A stretch of DNA of 64,000 nucleotides from Terriglobia bacterium. Lineage in GTDB: Bacteria; Acidobacteriota; Terriglobia; Terriglobales; Acidobacteriaceae. The stretch lies in contig JAIQFO010000013.1 in NCBI GenBank assembly GCA_020073215.1, positions 54,343 through 118,342 on the forward strand, read 5' to 3'. The translations under genes were made by a program, and so were the position numbers. The stretch's first letter is position 1. Each line of letters opens with the position of its first letter. This document shows, piece after piece, positions 22,281-34,737 of this stretch. Under the pieces are notes generated by a model. That model saw only the letters and a list, made by a program, of their open reading frames with translations, did not search any database and was not told where the DNA came from.

Positions 22281-22330
22281 ATTAGCTCTTAGCTTTTGGC
22301 TTTTAGCTAAGAGCCAAAAGCCAAAGGCTA
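22281..22330. repeat. TAGCTNT/TGGCTTT-word hairpin
   Basis: TTAGCTCTTAGCTTTTGGCTTTTAGC | TAAGAGCCAAAAGCCAAAGGCTAA, an imperfect 24-26-bp palindrome. Confidence 0.7.
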
Positions 22331-22341
22331 AACAGCCACTC

Positions 22342-22692
22342 TTACGCCTTCGGCGGCGCCGGCGGTGCTGACGGCACGATCGCTCCAGGTCCGCCGGGCA
22401 CGCCCGCCGGCTTGGCCGCAACTTCGGTGGCCGCTTTCATCGAGTGCCCCTTGAACTGGCGGGTAAAGCTGAATTCGCCCAGCTTGTGGCCCACCATGTT
22501 CTCGGTCACATAGACCGGGATGAATTTCCGTCCGTTGTGCACGGCAATCGTGTGCCCTACCATCTCGGGAATAATCGTCGAGCGCCGCGACCAAGTCCGC
22601 AGCACCTTCTTTTCGTTGCGCGCATTCATGGCTTCCACTTTGGTCGCCAGGTGCGTGTCCACGAACGGTCCTTTTTTTGTCGAACGCGCCAT
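22342..22692 (-). CDS. rpsS: 30S ribosomal protein S19 (C-terminal extension)
   Basis: [15 protein letters not shown]... Confidence 0.96.
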   Translation of the reverse strand: MARSTKKGPFVDTHLATKVEAMNARNEKKVLRTWSRRSTIIPEMVGHTIAVHNGRKFIPVYVTENMVGHKLGEFSFTRQFKGHSMKAATEVAAKPAGVPGGPGAIVPSAPPAPPKA

Positions 22693-22702
22693 AATTTCCT
22701 CT

Positions 22703-22763
22703 GTAGAGACGCGGCTTGCCGCGTCTCATCTCGCCAAGGAGACGGGGCAAGCCCCGTCTCTAC
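22703..22763. repeat. family-A double-hairpin REP-like element
   Basis: GTAGAGACGCGGCTTGCCGCGTCTC-ATCTCGCCAAG-GAGACGGGGCAAGCCCCGTCTCTAC. Confidence 0.85.
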
Positions 22764-22765
22764 CA

Positions 22766-23593
22766 CTAACCTTTCTTTCTCCGGTTCACGATAAACGTAT
22801 CGGTCCGCTTATTGTTCCGCGTCTTGAAGCCGCGCGTCGGCTGGCCCCACGGCGTTACCGGATGGCGTCCGCCGGAGGTCTTGCCTTCGCCGCCACCATG
22901 CGGATGGTCGACCGGGTTCATCGAAACGCCGCGGTTATGCGGACGCTTCCCCACCCAGCGCGTGCGTCCAGCCTTGCCCCAGGTAACGTTTTCATGGTCC
23001 GTATTTCCTACCTGCCCAATCGTCGCTAAACAGTCGAGCAGAACTTTGCGCGTTTCTCCGGAAGGCAGCTTCACCAATCCATAGTCGCCTTCTTTGGCGA
23101 TCAATTGCGCCGATCCGCCCGCCGAACGCACCATCTGCGCGCCTTTTCCGGGCTTCAATTCCACGTTGTGGATGGTCGTGCCCGGCGGAATATTCCGCAG
23201 CGGCAACGCGTTGCCGACCAGGATGTCGGCTTCGGGGCCGCTCAAAATCTTCTGCCCAACTTTCAATCCATCGGGCTGCACAATGTAACGCTTCTCGCCA
23301 TCGGCATAGCTCAGCAGGGCTATGCGCGCCGAGCGGCCGGGATCGTATTCGATGGTCTCGACCGTCGCCGGAATGCCGTGCTTGTCGCGCTTGAAGTCAA
23401 TCGTGCGCAGCTTGCGCTTGTTGCCGCCGCCCCGGAACCGCATGGTCGTGTCGCCGGAATTGCGCCGCCCGCCCGTCCGTATCTTGCCCTCCACCAGCGG
23501 CTTGTGCGGCTTGGTCGACGTAATGTCGTCGGTCACCAGCGTCGTGCGATAGCGCAGCGTCTGCGTTGTCGGTCTGTAAGTCTTAATTGCCAT
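22766..23593 (-). CDS. rplB: 50S ribosomal protein L2
   Basis: [15 protein letters not shown]...GGGEGK. Confidence 0.98.
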   Translation of the reverse strand: MAIKTYRPTTQTLRYRTTLVTDDITSTKPHKPLVEGKIRTGGRRNSGDTTMRFRGGGNKRKLRTIDFKRDKHGIPATVETIEYDPGRSARIALLSYADGEKRYIVQPDGLKVGQKILSGPEADILVGNALPLRNIPPGTTIHNVELKPGKGAQMVRSAGGSAQLIAKEGDYGLVKLPSGETRKVLLDCLATIGQVGNTDHENVTWGKAGRTRWVGKRPHNRGVSMNPVDHPHGGGEGKTSGGRHPVTPWGQPTRGFKTRNNKRTDTFIVNRRKKG

Positions 23594-23675
23594 AGAGCTC
23601 TCAGCTTTCAGTTATCAGCTCTCAGTTAAATCGGCTATCGCTCTTACTGACAGCTGATAGCTGAGAGCTGAAAAC
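23594..23675. repeat. heptamer-word hairpin
   Basis: AGAGCTCTCAGCTTTCAGTTATCAGCTCTCAGTTAA ... TTACTGACAGCTGATAGCTGAGAGCTGAAAAC. Begins at the base next to the rplB start codon. Confidence 0.8.
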
Positions 23676-23680
23676 TTTCC

Positions 23681-23974
23681 TTACAAGTTCTGCGCGTACT
23701 CCGGCATCTTCTCGCCGCTCTTCAACCGCACGTACGCTTTCTTCCAGTCTGGACGGTAGCCGGTGAACTTGCCTCGCCGGCGTTCCTTCCCCGGATAATT
23801 CGCCGTGCGCACTGAAACGACCTTCACCTTGAAGATCGCCTGCACCGCTTCCTTGATCTCGGTCTTCGTCGCTTTCGGCGCCACCTGGAAGACCAGCGTG
23901 TTCTGGGTCTCCTTGATACCGAGGCCCTTTTCGGTGATCACCGGCCTGCGAATAATCTGATACGCGGATTTCAC
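23681..23974 (-). CDS. rplW: 50S ribosomal protein L23
   Basis: 97 aa, IIRRPVITEKG. Confidence 0.95.
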   Translation of the reverse strand: MKSAYQIIRRPVITEKGLGIKETQNTLVFQVAPKATKTEIKEAVQAIFKVKVVSVRTANYPGKERRRGKFTGYRPDWKKAYVRLKSGEKMPEYAQNL

Positions 23975-24693
23975 TGGGCCACCTCCGCCTTCATCTTCGC
24001 CATGCGCCGCACCGGCTTCTTCTTGGCTACCACCGGCTCCGCTTCGTGCGAACGCCGCGAGGCCGACTTCTTCAGCGAGTCCTGCAACTTCTCGAGCGCC
24101 TTCTGCGCAAACACCACGTGGGTGTATCGCATGATGTGATAAGGATGCACTTCGTTCGCCCGCACCAGTTCGAGGCCGTCAAGGTTGCGCGAACTCAATT
24201 CCAGATTCTTGTTTTCCGAGGTCGAGATATCGACCAGCAGCGTGGTGCCGTCGATCTTCAGTTTGTCGAGCGCCTCGCGAAACAGCTTCGTCTTCGCTTC
24301 TTTCAATTCGAACGAATTCACCACCATCAGCTGGCCGTCGGCAAACTTCGAAGCCAGCGCCGAACGCAGCGCGCCCAGCAGCTTCTTCTTCGGGAAGGCG
24401 TAGTCGTAGGATCGCGGTTGCGGCCCATGCACGGTGCCGCCGTGGCGCCAGATCGGCGAACGGATGGAGCCGATACGCGCCCGCCCCGTGCCCTTCTGCT
24501 TCCACAGCTTTTTGCCCGATCCGGAAACGCTCCCGCGGTTCTTGGTGGCATGCGTGCCCGCGCGGGCGGAGGCGCGATAGTGCGTGATCGCCTCCCAGAG
24601 CAGGTCTTCGTTGACCGCGCCGAAAACTTCTTCGGCCAGATCCATCGTCCCGGCCTTGGCTCCGCTCAGATTGTAAATATCAATGGTTGCCAT
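23971..24693 (-). CDS. rplD: 50S ribosomal protein L4 (basic C-terminal extension)
   Basis: KLWKQKGTGRARIGSIRSPIWRHGG. Confidence 0.96.
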   Translation of the reverse strand: MATIDIYNLSGAKAGTMDLAEEVFGAVNEDLLWEAITHYRASARAGTHATKNRGSVSGSGKKLWKQKGTGRARIGSIRSPIWRHGGTVHGPQPRSYDYAFPKKKLLGALRSALASKFADGQLMVVNSFELKEAKTKLFREALDKLKIDGTTLLVDISTSENKNLELSSRNLDGLELVRANEVHPYHIMRYTHVVFAQKALEKLQDSLKKSASRRSHEAEPVVAKKKPVRRMAKMKAEVAQ

Positions 24694-24706
24694 ATCTCTC
24701 TCGTGG

Positions 24707-24727
24707 GCGCGGGCGACTCGCCCGCGC
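24707..24727. repeat. short GC hairpin (family B)
   Basis: GCGCGGGCGACTCGCCCGCGC. Confidence 0.65.
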
Positions 24728-24736
24728 TTCCAATTC

Positions 24737-25471
24737 CTAAACTTTCTTCGAGGCGCGTTTCGCCGCCTTCAACGGATCCACCGTCGCCGCGCCCGCGAAT
24801 CCGCGGCGCTCTCGCGGCGGCTTCTTCGCCTTATTGATCACGATATAACCGCCATTGGCGCCGGGAACGCTGCCCTCAACCACCAGCAGGTTCTCGTCTT
24901 TGTCTACGCCCAAAATCCTCAAGTTGCGCGTCGTAATCCGGGCATCGCCCATGTGGCCCGACATGCGCATGCCCTTGACCACGCGCGACGGAAACGCCGA
25001 CGCTCCAATCGAACCCGTAATCTGAAACATCGAACCGTGCGACTTCGCTCCGCCGGCAAAGTGATGCCGCTTCACCACCCCCTGAAAGCCGTGCCCCTTG
25101 CTGACTCCAATCACATCGACAAAACGCTCGCCTTCAAAAATATCCACCAGAATGCGGTCGCCAGGTTTGATCACACCCTCGGTCGTCTCGCCTGGAGCGT
25201 CGACTTCCACCGCAACTTCCCGCACAAATTTCACGGGAGGAAGGTTGTATTTGGCAAAGTGTCCGCGCATCGCCTTGGTCAGCTTCTTTTCCTTCACAAA
25301 CTCGACCAGGCCGATCTGCGCCGACTCGTAACCGTCTTTGGTCTGGGTCTTGTGCTGTGTAATTACGCACGGTCCCGCCTGTAACACCGTTGCCGGCCGC
25401 ACATCGCCCTTGGAATCGAAGAGCTGCGTCATGCCGACCTTCTTACCCAGAATTCCTACGACTCTTGCCAT
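24737..25471 (-). CDS. rplC: 50S ribosomal protein L3
   Basis: [13 protein letters not shown]... Confidence 0.97.
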   Translation of the reverse strand: MARVVGILGKKVGMTQLFDSKGDVRPATVLQAGPCVITQHKTQTKDGYESAQIGLVEFVKEKKLTKAMRGHFAKYNLPPVKFVREVAVEVDAPGETTEGVIKPGDRILVDIFEGERFVDVIGVSKGHGFQGVVKRHHFAGGAKSHGSMFQITGSIGASAFPSRVVKGMRMSGHMGDARITTRNLRILGVDKDENLLVVEGSVPGANGGYIVINKAKKPPRERRGFAGAATVDPLKAAKRASKKV

Positions 25472-25563
25472 TTCCTTCTCCGTTCCCAGCTTGGCTCGTC
25501 GATCCGCTTCTTACCGATCAACGTCCGACGGCTATTGGCTGGGGAGCTATCGCTCTTTGTCTG

Positions 25564-25617
25564 GTGTGGGTGCGGGCGGCTCGCCCGCACGGACGGGCGA
25601 GTCGCCCGTCCCCACAC
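25564..25617. repeat. family-B double hairpin enclosed by outer stem GTGTGGG/CCCACAC
   Basis: GTGTGGG-TGCGGGCGGCTCGCCCGCA-C-GGACGGGCGAGTCGCCCGTCC-CCACAC. Confidence 0.8.
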
Positions 25618-25619
25618 TG

Positions 25620-25949
25620 CTACTTATGTTCCTTCCCGAACGCCTTGATCTCTACGTCCACGCCCGCCGGCAGGTCGAGCTTCATCAGGGCATCGACGGT
25701 CTGCTGCGTCGGTTCGAGAATATCGAGCAGACGCTTGTGGGTGCGGATTTCAAACTGCTCCCGCGATTTCTTATCCACGTGCGGCGACCGCAGCACGCAG
25801 TACTTGTTCTTCATCGTGGGCAGCGGAATCGGGCCCGCAATTTGCGCGCCGGTACGTTTGGCCGTCTCCACGATCTCGCCTGTCGACTGATCCAGAATGC
25901 GGTAGTCGTAGGCTTTCAACCGGATGCGAATTCTTTCTTTTCCAGTCAC
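25620..25949 (-). CDS. rpsJ: 30S ribosomal protein S10
   Basis: [17 protein letters not shown]. Confidence 0.97.
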   Translation of the reverse strand: MTGKERIRIRLKAYDYRILDQSTGEIVETAKRTGAQIAGPIPLPTMKNKYCVLRSPHVDKKSREQFEIRTHKRLLDILEPTQQTVDALMKLDLPAGVDVEIKAFGKEHK

Positions 25950-26029
25950 TATTCACTCTCTTTGCCCCTCCCGGCTAAAGCCAGGAGGAAAGATCTGGCG
26001 GCAAGCCGCAAGCCGCGAATTAAATTTCC

Positions 26030-26074
26030 CGTGTGGGGACGGGCGACTCGCCCGTCCAGCGGAGCGAAGCTCCG
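26030..26074. repeat. family-B element (GGGACGGGCGACTCGCCCGTCC plus AGCGGAGCGAAGCTCCGC)
   Basis: Read directly; lies 20 nt downstream of the tuf stop. The same two-module unit occurs at 35804-35850. Confidence 0.8.
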
Positions 26075-26093
26075 CAGCTACCACAAAAGCTGC

Positions 26094-27281
<1,188 letters not shown>

Positions 27282-27301
27282 TTGCTCTTCGCTCCTCAGC
27301 G

Positions 27302-27640
27302 CTACGTCGCGACTAAATCGTCCCCGTCACCACGCTCGTCGTAATAAGTACCGACGACTTCAAACTTGCTCACGATCCCTTCGCTTTCCAGCAGCGAATG
27401 AAACCGCTCTACCTCTGCAGCAAACCGTGACCGGAACGTCTCGAACTCGCGATGCGACCGCCAAAAATCGCGAACCCGGTATCGCCGTTCCGTCGAGGAC
27501 TCGCACCACGTTTCCGTCCCCGCATAACCTTCGGCCCGGCGGAGAAGATCACTCCAGATTCCAGCCTTGCCGAAAACCTCTTCCAAGTCCGCCTGCCGGC
27601 CATCCGCCGCCCAGAATCTGCGATCGGCGACGAACCGCAG
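27302..27640 (-). CDS. small ABM/Dabb-like protein (start uncertain: CTG 27640 or TTG 27586)
   Basis: Track ORF 27302..27586 begins at a TTG. The frame stays open back to the fusA TGA. ..[28 protein letters not shown].. resembles antibiotic-biosynthesis-monooxygenase-like small proteins from memory. Confidence 0.45.
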   Translation of the reverse strand: MRFVADRRFWAADGRQADLEEVFGKAGIWSDLLRRAEGYAGTETWCESSTERRYRVRDFWRSHREFETFRSRFAAEVERFHSLLESEGIVSKFEVVGTYYDERGDGDDLVAT

Positions 27641-27649
27641 CGCGTGCTG

Positions 27650-29743
<2,094 letters not shown>

Positions 29744-29776
29744 GACTCTCTAACTCTTTTCTGGGGCTAAACTGCG

Positions 29777-29873
29777 TTAATTTTGTAATTTTGTAATCCG
29801 GTAATTTGGTAATTTAACGGCACTGCCGCGGGGTTTGAAATTACAAAATTCCCCGATTACCAAATTACAAAAT
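29777..29873. repeat. GTAATTT-word (8-nt period) AT-rich hairpin
   Basis: TTAATTTTGTAATTTTGTAATCCGGTAATTTGGTAATTT ... AAATTACAAAATTCCCCGATTACCAAATTACAAAAT. Confidence 0.8.
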
Positions 29874-29879
29874 CTCTCG

Positions 29880-30350
29880 CTACCACCGGTAATGCGCGAA
29901 CGCCTTGTTCGCTTCCGCCATGCGATGCACGTCTTCTTTTTTCTTGATGGCGGCGCCTTTGCCGTTCGAGGCGTCAAGCAACTCGTTGGTCAATTTCTCG
30001 ATCATTCCCTTTTCGCCGCGGCCGCGCGCATAGCTCACGATCCAGCGGATGGCCAGCGATGTCCTGCGCTCGGGAGCGACTTCGATCGGCACCTGGTAGT
30101 TCGCTCCGCCCACGCGCCGTGTCTTCACTTCCAGCAGGGGCTTGGCATTCTCGACCGCCTTGGTGAACAGCTTCAGGGCCTCATCGCCGCCTTTTTCCTT
30201 CAACTTCTCCAGCGACTTATAGAAGATGCCCTCGGCAGTCGACTTCTTTCCCTGCCACATCATCGAGTTGATGAACTTCGTCACCAGGTCCGATCCATAG
30301 ACCGGATCGGCCTCGACCGTCCGCTTCGGAGTATGTCCTTTTCTTGGCAT
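29880..30350 (-). CDS. rpsG: 30S ribosomal protein S7
   Basis: [20 protein letters not shown]... Confidence 0.98.
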   Translation of the reverse strand: MPRKGHTPKRTVEADPVYGSDLVTKFINSMMWQGKKSTAEGIFYKSLEKLKEKGGDEALKLFTKAVENAKPLLEVKTRRVGGANYQVPIEVAPERRTSLAIRWIVSYARGRGEKGMIEKLTNELLDASNGKGAAIKKKEDVHRMAEANKAFAHYRW

Positions 30351-30354
30351 TCCG

Positions 30355-30416
30355 CTTCTTGCTCCTGGCTGCTAGCTTCCTGCTAGAGCCTCAGACGCGG
30401 CAAGCCGCGTCTCTAC
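30355..30416. repeat. GCTCCTGGCTGC-word repeat plus a family-A half element
   Basis: CTTCTTGCTCCTGGCTGCTAGCTTCCTGCTAG, then CAGACGCGGCAAGCCGCGTCTCTAC (30392-30416). Confidence 0.7.
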
Positions 30417-30429
30417 CCTACTTTTCCTA

Positions 30430-30807
30430 CTAAGCCTTTTTCGCGCGTTTCGTACCGTACTTCGAGCGCCCCTGGTTACGACCCGCCACGCCGGTCGCGT
30501 CGAGCGTTCCGCGCACCACGTGATAACGGACGCCCGGCAGATCCTTCACGCGGCCGCCGCGAATCAGCACAATCGAGTGCTCCTGCAGGTTATGGCCAAC
30601 GCCCGGGATATAGGTGGTGACTTCAATTCCATTGGTCAGGCGGACACGCGCCACTTTGCGCAGCGCCGAGTTCGGCTTCTTGGGCGTCTGGGTATAGACG
30701 CGGGTGCACACGCCGCGTTTCTGCGGACACGATTGCAGCGCCGGACTTGCCGTCTTGTAACGGGTCCGTTCACGGCCGAATTTCACCAGCTGATTAAAAG
30801 TAGGCAC
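30430..30807 (-). CDS. rpsL: 30S ribosomal protein S12
   Basis: ORF 30430..30831 trimmed to the GTG at 30807 ([13 protein letters not shown]), 125 aa. Confidence 0.96.
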   Translation of the reverse strand: MPTFNQLVKFGRERTRYKTASPALQSCPQKRGVCTRVYTQTPKKPNSALRKVARVRLTNGIEVTTYIPGVGHNLQEHSIVLIRGGRVKDLPGVRYHVVRGTLDATGVAGRNQGRSKYGTKRAKKA

Positions 30808-30819
30808 TCTCGCCACTCC

Positions 30820-30900
30820 CAGACGCGGCAAGCCGCGTCTCTACCACACATTTCCCCGCAACCCGCACATTTCCCGTAGAGACGGGAACTTCCCGGTCTC
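30820..30900. repeat. two family-A half elements in the rpsL leader
   Basis: CAGACGCGGCAAGCCGCGTCTCTAC (30820-30844) and GTAGAGACGGGAACTTCCCGGTCTC (30876-30900). Confidence 0.75.
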
Positions 30901-30947
30901 CGCTCTGGCACAGGCCTGCCAAGCCCAGCCATACTCTCCCGCGCGGC

Positions 30948-30976
30948 ATAATTCATGCCGGGGAGAAATCGTTCAA
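30948..30976 (-). promoter_or_regulatory. candidate sigma70-type promoter for the str operon
   Basis: On the minus strand: TTGAAC (30976-30971), 17-nt spacer, AATTAT (30953-30948). By-eye match only. Confidence 0.25.
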
Positions 30977-31286
30977 TTTCCCGCTCAGACTAAATCGCCG
31001 ACGACGGTGACGCCACGCCTCACCAGATTCGGGTTTGGAGGCGTTCCGTTTCGTCTGCTTCCCCTGCATAGCCTCGCGTGACCCCAGATTCTTACTTCAT
31101 ACCCCGGGCGCAAAGGTTTTCGCAGGATGTTTCAGCGAGGGCGTACCCGATCACACGTCCAACCGGGCACGTAGTTCTTCCAAGCTCTCAAACTCGCGGA
31201 ACTGTTTGATAATAACAATTGGCTTGCACATCGTCAACCACTGTTCGACGCATCGAAGAAAGAGCAGGTTTCAAGGATTGGGGTCG

Positions 31287-31378
31287 CCGGAATCGGGCCA
31301 TCGGGTCATCGAAAAGCAAGAGCATTTGACTTTAGAACTCAGATGATCCGATGGCCCGATGGTCAGATGACCCGATTG
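31287..31378. repeat. CCGATGG-word hairpin
   Basis: CCGGAATCGGGCCATCGGGTCATCG ... AGATGATCCGATGGCCCGATGGTCAGATGACCCGATTG. Arm cores are complementary with 2 mismatches in 20. Confidence 0.75.
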
Positions 31379-31393
31379 TTGTTCACCCGCTCC

Positions 31394-31422
31394 TTGAAAC
31401 CTGGCACCTTACCTTTTACACT
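31394..31422 (+). promoter_or_regulatory. candidate promoter TTGAAA-17-TACACT
   Basis: By-eye match, about 60 nt upstream of the lipoprotein start codon. Confidence 0.3.
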
Positions 31423-31482
31423 GACAGTTTTCCGCCCCACAACATTATGCTCGCGCCTGGCAAACGGGCGCGAGGAGGGTTC

Positions 31483-33963
31483 ATGCAGCGTTGCGGTTCC
31501 GGTCTTCTACTTAGTTTGGCCATCAGCTTGGTCGCCGCCTTCACGGGCTGCCTCGGCAAGAGCAGCAGCAATGCCGGCAGTGGAGGGGTGCAAAGCATTA
31601 CCTTGAGCCCCAGTTCCGAAGTCTCGCTCGAGACCGGCGGCACGCAGTTTTTTAGTGCTACGGCCAAGGATGCCCTCGGCCGCACCATCCTCGGGATCGA
31701 CATTCAATTTGTGGTTACGAGCGGCACGAACGGCTCGGCGCCACTCTCGGTCGCCAGCAATGGCGCCGCCTGCGCCGGCACCTGGGACCCCACCGCCACC
31801 CAGTGCACTCCTGGCACAGCAGGGGTTGCGATCGTCACCGCGGTGGCGTCGGGCCACAGCAGCCCTGCCACTACCGTCTACGTTCACCAGCACATCGACA
31901 GCATTCAGATTCAGCAGGCCGAGAGCCAGCCGCCGCAGTATGACTGTTTTTCCCAGGGACAGACCTGGCAGTTCGAAGCGATCGCTTACAACAATGGTGT
32001 AGACATCAGTGACACCGTCGGCCCCATGAGTTGGTCGTCGAGCAATCCTAGCGTGGTCACCCCAACTCCCATCGTGCCTCCAAATCAGCCCAACATACTC
32101 AATCGGGTCCAGACCACGGCCAGGATCCCCGGCATCACCCAGCTTTTTGCCAGCGCTTCGGGGACCACCAGCGCCCCCTTTGCGTACACAACCTGCCTGA
32201 TCCAAGCCATCTACCTCCAAATCGGGGGTCAGAACACGGCCGGAAACTCGGTCACGGTAGACAACGGAGGCAGCGTGCCCGTCACCGCTATTGCGGTCGA
32301 TACGTTGTGTGGCGTCGCCAATAACACTTCTTTAGCCGATCGACCCCTCACCTGGAGCACGAGCAACCCTGAAGTCATTGCCTTCAGCAACACTACCAAT
32401 GCATCTGGAAGCAACAGTGCAAGTGCCCGCGCCAACCTCGGCGGTGCCGTCCTCACTGCTTCCTGTTCTCCCCCGTCCTGCAATGTCGGGCTACCCGGCT
32501 TGACACCATCCGGACAACTAGTCCCCAGTCTCCCGATCTACGCCAGCGACTACGACGCGGCTCACCCTCCCGCCACGAGATGCCAGCCGCCGAATCTGAT
32601 AAAGGCCTATGGCGCGATTTCAGTGAACGTAACTTCCACCTCGACGACCCCTACCTATACGGCCTGGGCGGCAACCACCGGCTGCGGGAACGTCGTGGGC
32701 TGCACGAGTGCGTTGTTCTCGTTGGCTCCGACGGCCTCTGGGACCAACGCCGTCGGCACCATCGTCAACCTGCCCCGCACTCCCAATTCCATGATGTTTA
32801 ACCATCAGTCGTCGGCCCGCGTCTACTTCGGCACGAACGAGGGCCTGATGTACGTGGATGTCGGCGCCACCAATCCATCCGTTGTCGCGGTCTCCGGTTC
32901 CTCGACGCCCTGCAATGTTTCCTTGTGCGGTAAAGTGCTCACCATTTCGAACGATGGCAAGCTGGTGGTTGTCTCGGACACGGTTTCCACCCCCAGCCAG
33001 GTCTATATCTTTGACGGTAGCGGCTCGAGCGGTGCTCCCGTGGATTTCATCATTCCCGGCGAAACCGCCACCGCCGCTGCTTTCTCACCAGATCAGTTGA
33101 AGCTGTTCATCCTCACCAGCTCGGGCAAGGTGTTTGTCCACTCCACGGTGGACGCGCTCGCACCGCTGCAACTGGCGGCCCCGGCTACCGATGTCGCGTT
33201 CTCGGCGGATGGCAGCTTCGCCTACGTCGCGGGGACGCCCGCGAGCTCAATATCCGCCTACTCGACCTGTTCCCTGCCTGACGTTCCAAGCGTGAACCTC
33301 GGAAGCGTTGCAACGTCGAGCACGCCCTTGCAACTCTTCCCGTCTCCCGTCATTCCCCCACCTTTCGAGCTGCATGGCTTCCTGTGGGCAACGCAGAACA
33401 TACTCGCTCTCGAACCATCAACCGGCAGCATTGAGTTCTTGACGGCGCAGTTCAGGCAGGATCCGATCGTTGATGGTCAGTTCACCTGCAACCCTCCCGT
33501 GATCCCACCGACGACTGGATTCACCAAAGGCCAATCCTTCGACCTGGGCCAGGGCAATTTCACTCCCCTTTACACCCAGCTTGTCGCCGACGGCAGCGTC
33601 CTTCTCATCGTCGCCAAGAACATCCCCGCCGTGCTGCTGTTCAAGGTGAGCGACGGAACCACCACTTCGATCCCGCTTCACGGCGGCAGCCTTCCGCTGG
33701 CCGCCTCCGCCTCCACCGATGGGAGCCAGGTCTACATCGCCGCCTGCGATCAGTACCCTAATAACGATCCGACCAAACCCTGCGCAGCCGGGTCGGTGCA
33801 CATCGTCAACACCGGTATAGGAAACTTCACCACCGGTCAAGGCGACTTCCAGCAGGTGGCCTTCTACAACATCAACGACGCCAACAACCCCAACATGTGC
33901 AACAACCAGGGAACAAACGCCCCGCTCTGCCTGCCAGACCTGGTCGCCATCAAGCCGCGGTGA
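31483..33963 (+). CDS. large lipoprotein: three Big_2-like Ig domains plus beta-propeller-like repeats
   Basis: ORF 31351..33963 trimmed to the ATG at 31483, which follows GAGGAGGG. Lipobox LVAAFTG-C. ITLSPSSEVSLETGGTQFFSATAKDALG is Ig-like. The C-terminal half has FSADGSFAYVAG / SNDGKLVVVSD / STDGSQVYIAA repeats. Confidence 0.65.
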   Translation: MQRCGSGLLLSLAISLVAAFTGCLGKSSSNAGSGGVQSITLSPSSEVSLETGGTQFFSATAKDALGRTILGIDIQFVVTSGTNGSAPLSVASNGAACAGTWDPTATQCTPGTAGVAIVTAVASGHSSPATTVYVHQHIDSIQIQQAESQPPQYDCFSQGQTWQFEAIAYNNGVDISDTVGPMSWSSSNPSVVTPTPIVPPNQPNILNRVQTTARIPGITQLFASASGTTSAPFAYTTCLIQAIYLQIGGQNTAGNSVTVDNGGSVPVTAIAVDTLCGVANNTSLADRPLTWSTSNPEVIAFSNTTNASGSNSASARANLGGAVLTASCSPPSCNVGLPGLTPSGQLVPSLPIYASDYDAAHPPATRCQPPNLIKAYGAISVNVTSTSTTPTYTAWAATTGCGNVVGCTSALFSLAPTASGTNAVGTIVNLPRTPNSMMFNHQSSARVYFGTNEGLMYVDVGATNPSVVAVSGSSTPCNVSLCGKVLTISNDGKLVVVSDTVSTPSQVYIFDGSGSSGAPVDFIIPGETATAAAFSPDQLKLFILTSSGKVFVHSTVDALAPLQLAAPATDVAFSADGSFAYVAGTPASSISAYSTCSLPDVPSVNLGSVATSSTPLQLFPSPVIPPPFELHGFLWATQNILALEPSTGSIEFLTAQFRQDPIVDGQFTCNPPVIPPTTGFTKGQSFDLGQGNFTPLYTQLVADGSVLLIVAKNIPAVLLFKVSDGTTTSIPLHGGSLPLAASASTDGSQVYIAACDQYPNNDPTKPCAAGSVHIVNTGIGNFTTGQGDFQQVAFYNINDANNPNMCNNQGTNAPLCLPDLVAIKPR

Positions 33964-34009
33964 TGCGAGATGGGAACTGGCTTGAGGAGTTTGGCCTGGA
34001 ACCTGGCCT

Positions 34010-34262
34010 CATAAATGGTTCTCAGAGCAAGCGGTGCGGCCCTCAGGGGCTAAGCCCGCGTTATTATTGGCCGTTAGCGGCGCGGCTGAACAGGCAGCGG
34101 AAAAACTCGATGTTGCACCTGGTTTTGGGTGGAGCAGCGCTTCAGCGCTGCATAACTGGCGTGTTTTCATCAACGGCTTTAGCCGCTGAGGGCCGCTGCC
34201 GCATGGAACGCGACTTCTTCCGCAGCCTGTGAAGCCGTGCCCTTCCCAAAGCGATTTACGAG
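34010..34262. repeat. family-D composite repeat (long copy)
   Basis: CATAAATGG...CCTCAGGGGCTAAGCCCGCGTTATTATTGGCC...GAAGCCGTGCCCTTCCCAAAGCGATTTACG. Shares modules with 7993-8074 and 47680-47814. Confidence 0.75.
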
Positions 34263-34281
34263 ATGAATTCTAGTGTGCTTC

Positions 34282-34320
34282 GAGCTGAAAACTGGGAACT
34301 GACAGCTGAGGGCTGACAGC
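34282..34320. repeat. heptamer-word single arm
   Basis: GAGCTGAAAACTGGGAACTGACAGCTGAGGGCTGACAGC. Ends 3 nt from the nusB stop. Confidence 0.7.
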
Positions 34321-34323
34321 GTT

Positions 34324-34734
34324 CTACGGCGCTACCTCTTTCCCCACACTATCGAGCACGCCGTTAATGAACTGCACCGACTCGGGCGTCGAAAACTTGC
34401 GCGCGATTTCGAGCGCCTCATTGATCACCACGGCGCGCGGCGTTGCCGGATAGCCCAGAAACTCCGCTACCGCTCCCCGCAGCACATTCCGATCGACCGT
34501 CGCCATCCGATCCATGCGCCAGTGCTGTGCATGCTTGCCAATCAACTCGTCGATCTCCGCCAGCCGGTCGCTCGCGACGCGAAACAGATCGTCGGCAAAC
34601 CCGCGCACTTCTTCCTCGACATTAGTCCGCTCCGCCCAGAATGTCTTCCGGACAAGGTCCGGCGTCTGCTTCCCCATATCGGCCTGAAACAGCATCTGCA
34701 GGACCAGTTCGCGGGATTTGCGTCGAGTGCCCAT
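34324..34734 (-). CDS. nusB: transcription antitermination factor NusB
   Basis: RRKSRELVLQMLFQ...; in the ribH-nusB pair. Confidence 0.93.
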   Translation of the reverse strand: MGTRRKSRELVLQMLFQADMGKQTPDLVRKTFWAERTNVEEEVRGFADDLFRVASDRLAEIDELIGKHAQHWRMDRMATVDRNVLRGAVAEFLGYPATPRAVVINEALEIARKFSTPESVQFINGVLDSVGKEVAP

Positions 34735-34737
34735 GCA

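Noticed and set aside
31143-31260. A 26-38 codon minus-strand frame (MCKPIVIIKQFREFESLEELRARLDV) as a functional small protein.
   Set aside because: It is too short, has no SD, and has an in-frame stop just upstream. It is more likely a relic or chance frame, and is mentioned only within the gap finding.
33897-34232. ORFs 33897..34232, 47456..47854, 47154..47768, 51957..52532 and 7363..7650 as small protein genes.
   Set aside because: They run through family-D or hairpin-cluster repeats or the antisense of rplQ. The peptide strings (..GLKPACLLALDGTAEAVPFPKPFMKP.., ..SGHAFRHAAKSALEKRLQALR..) are typical repeat translations.
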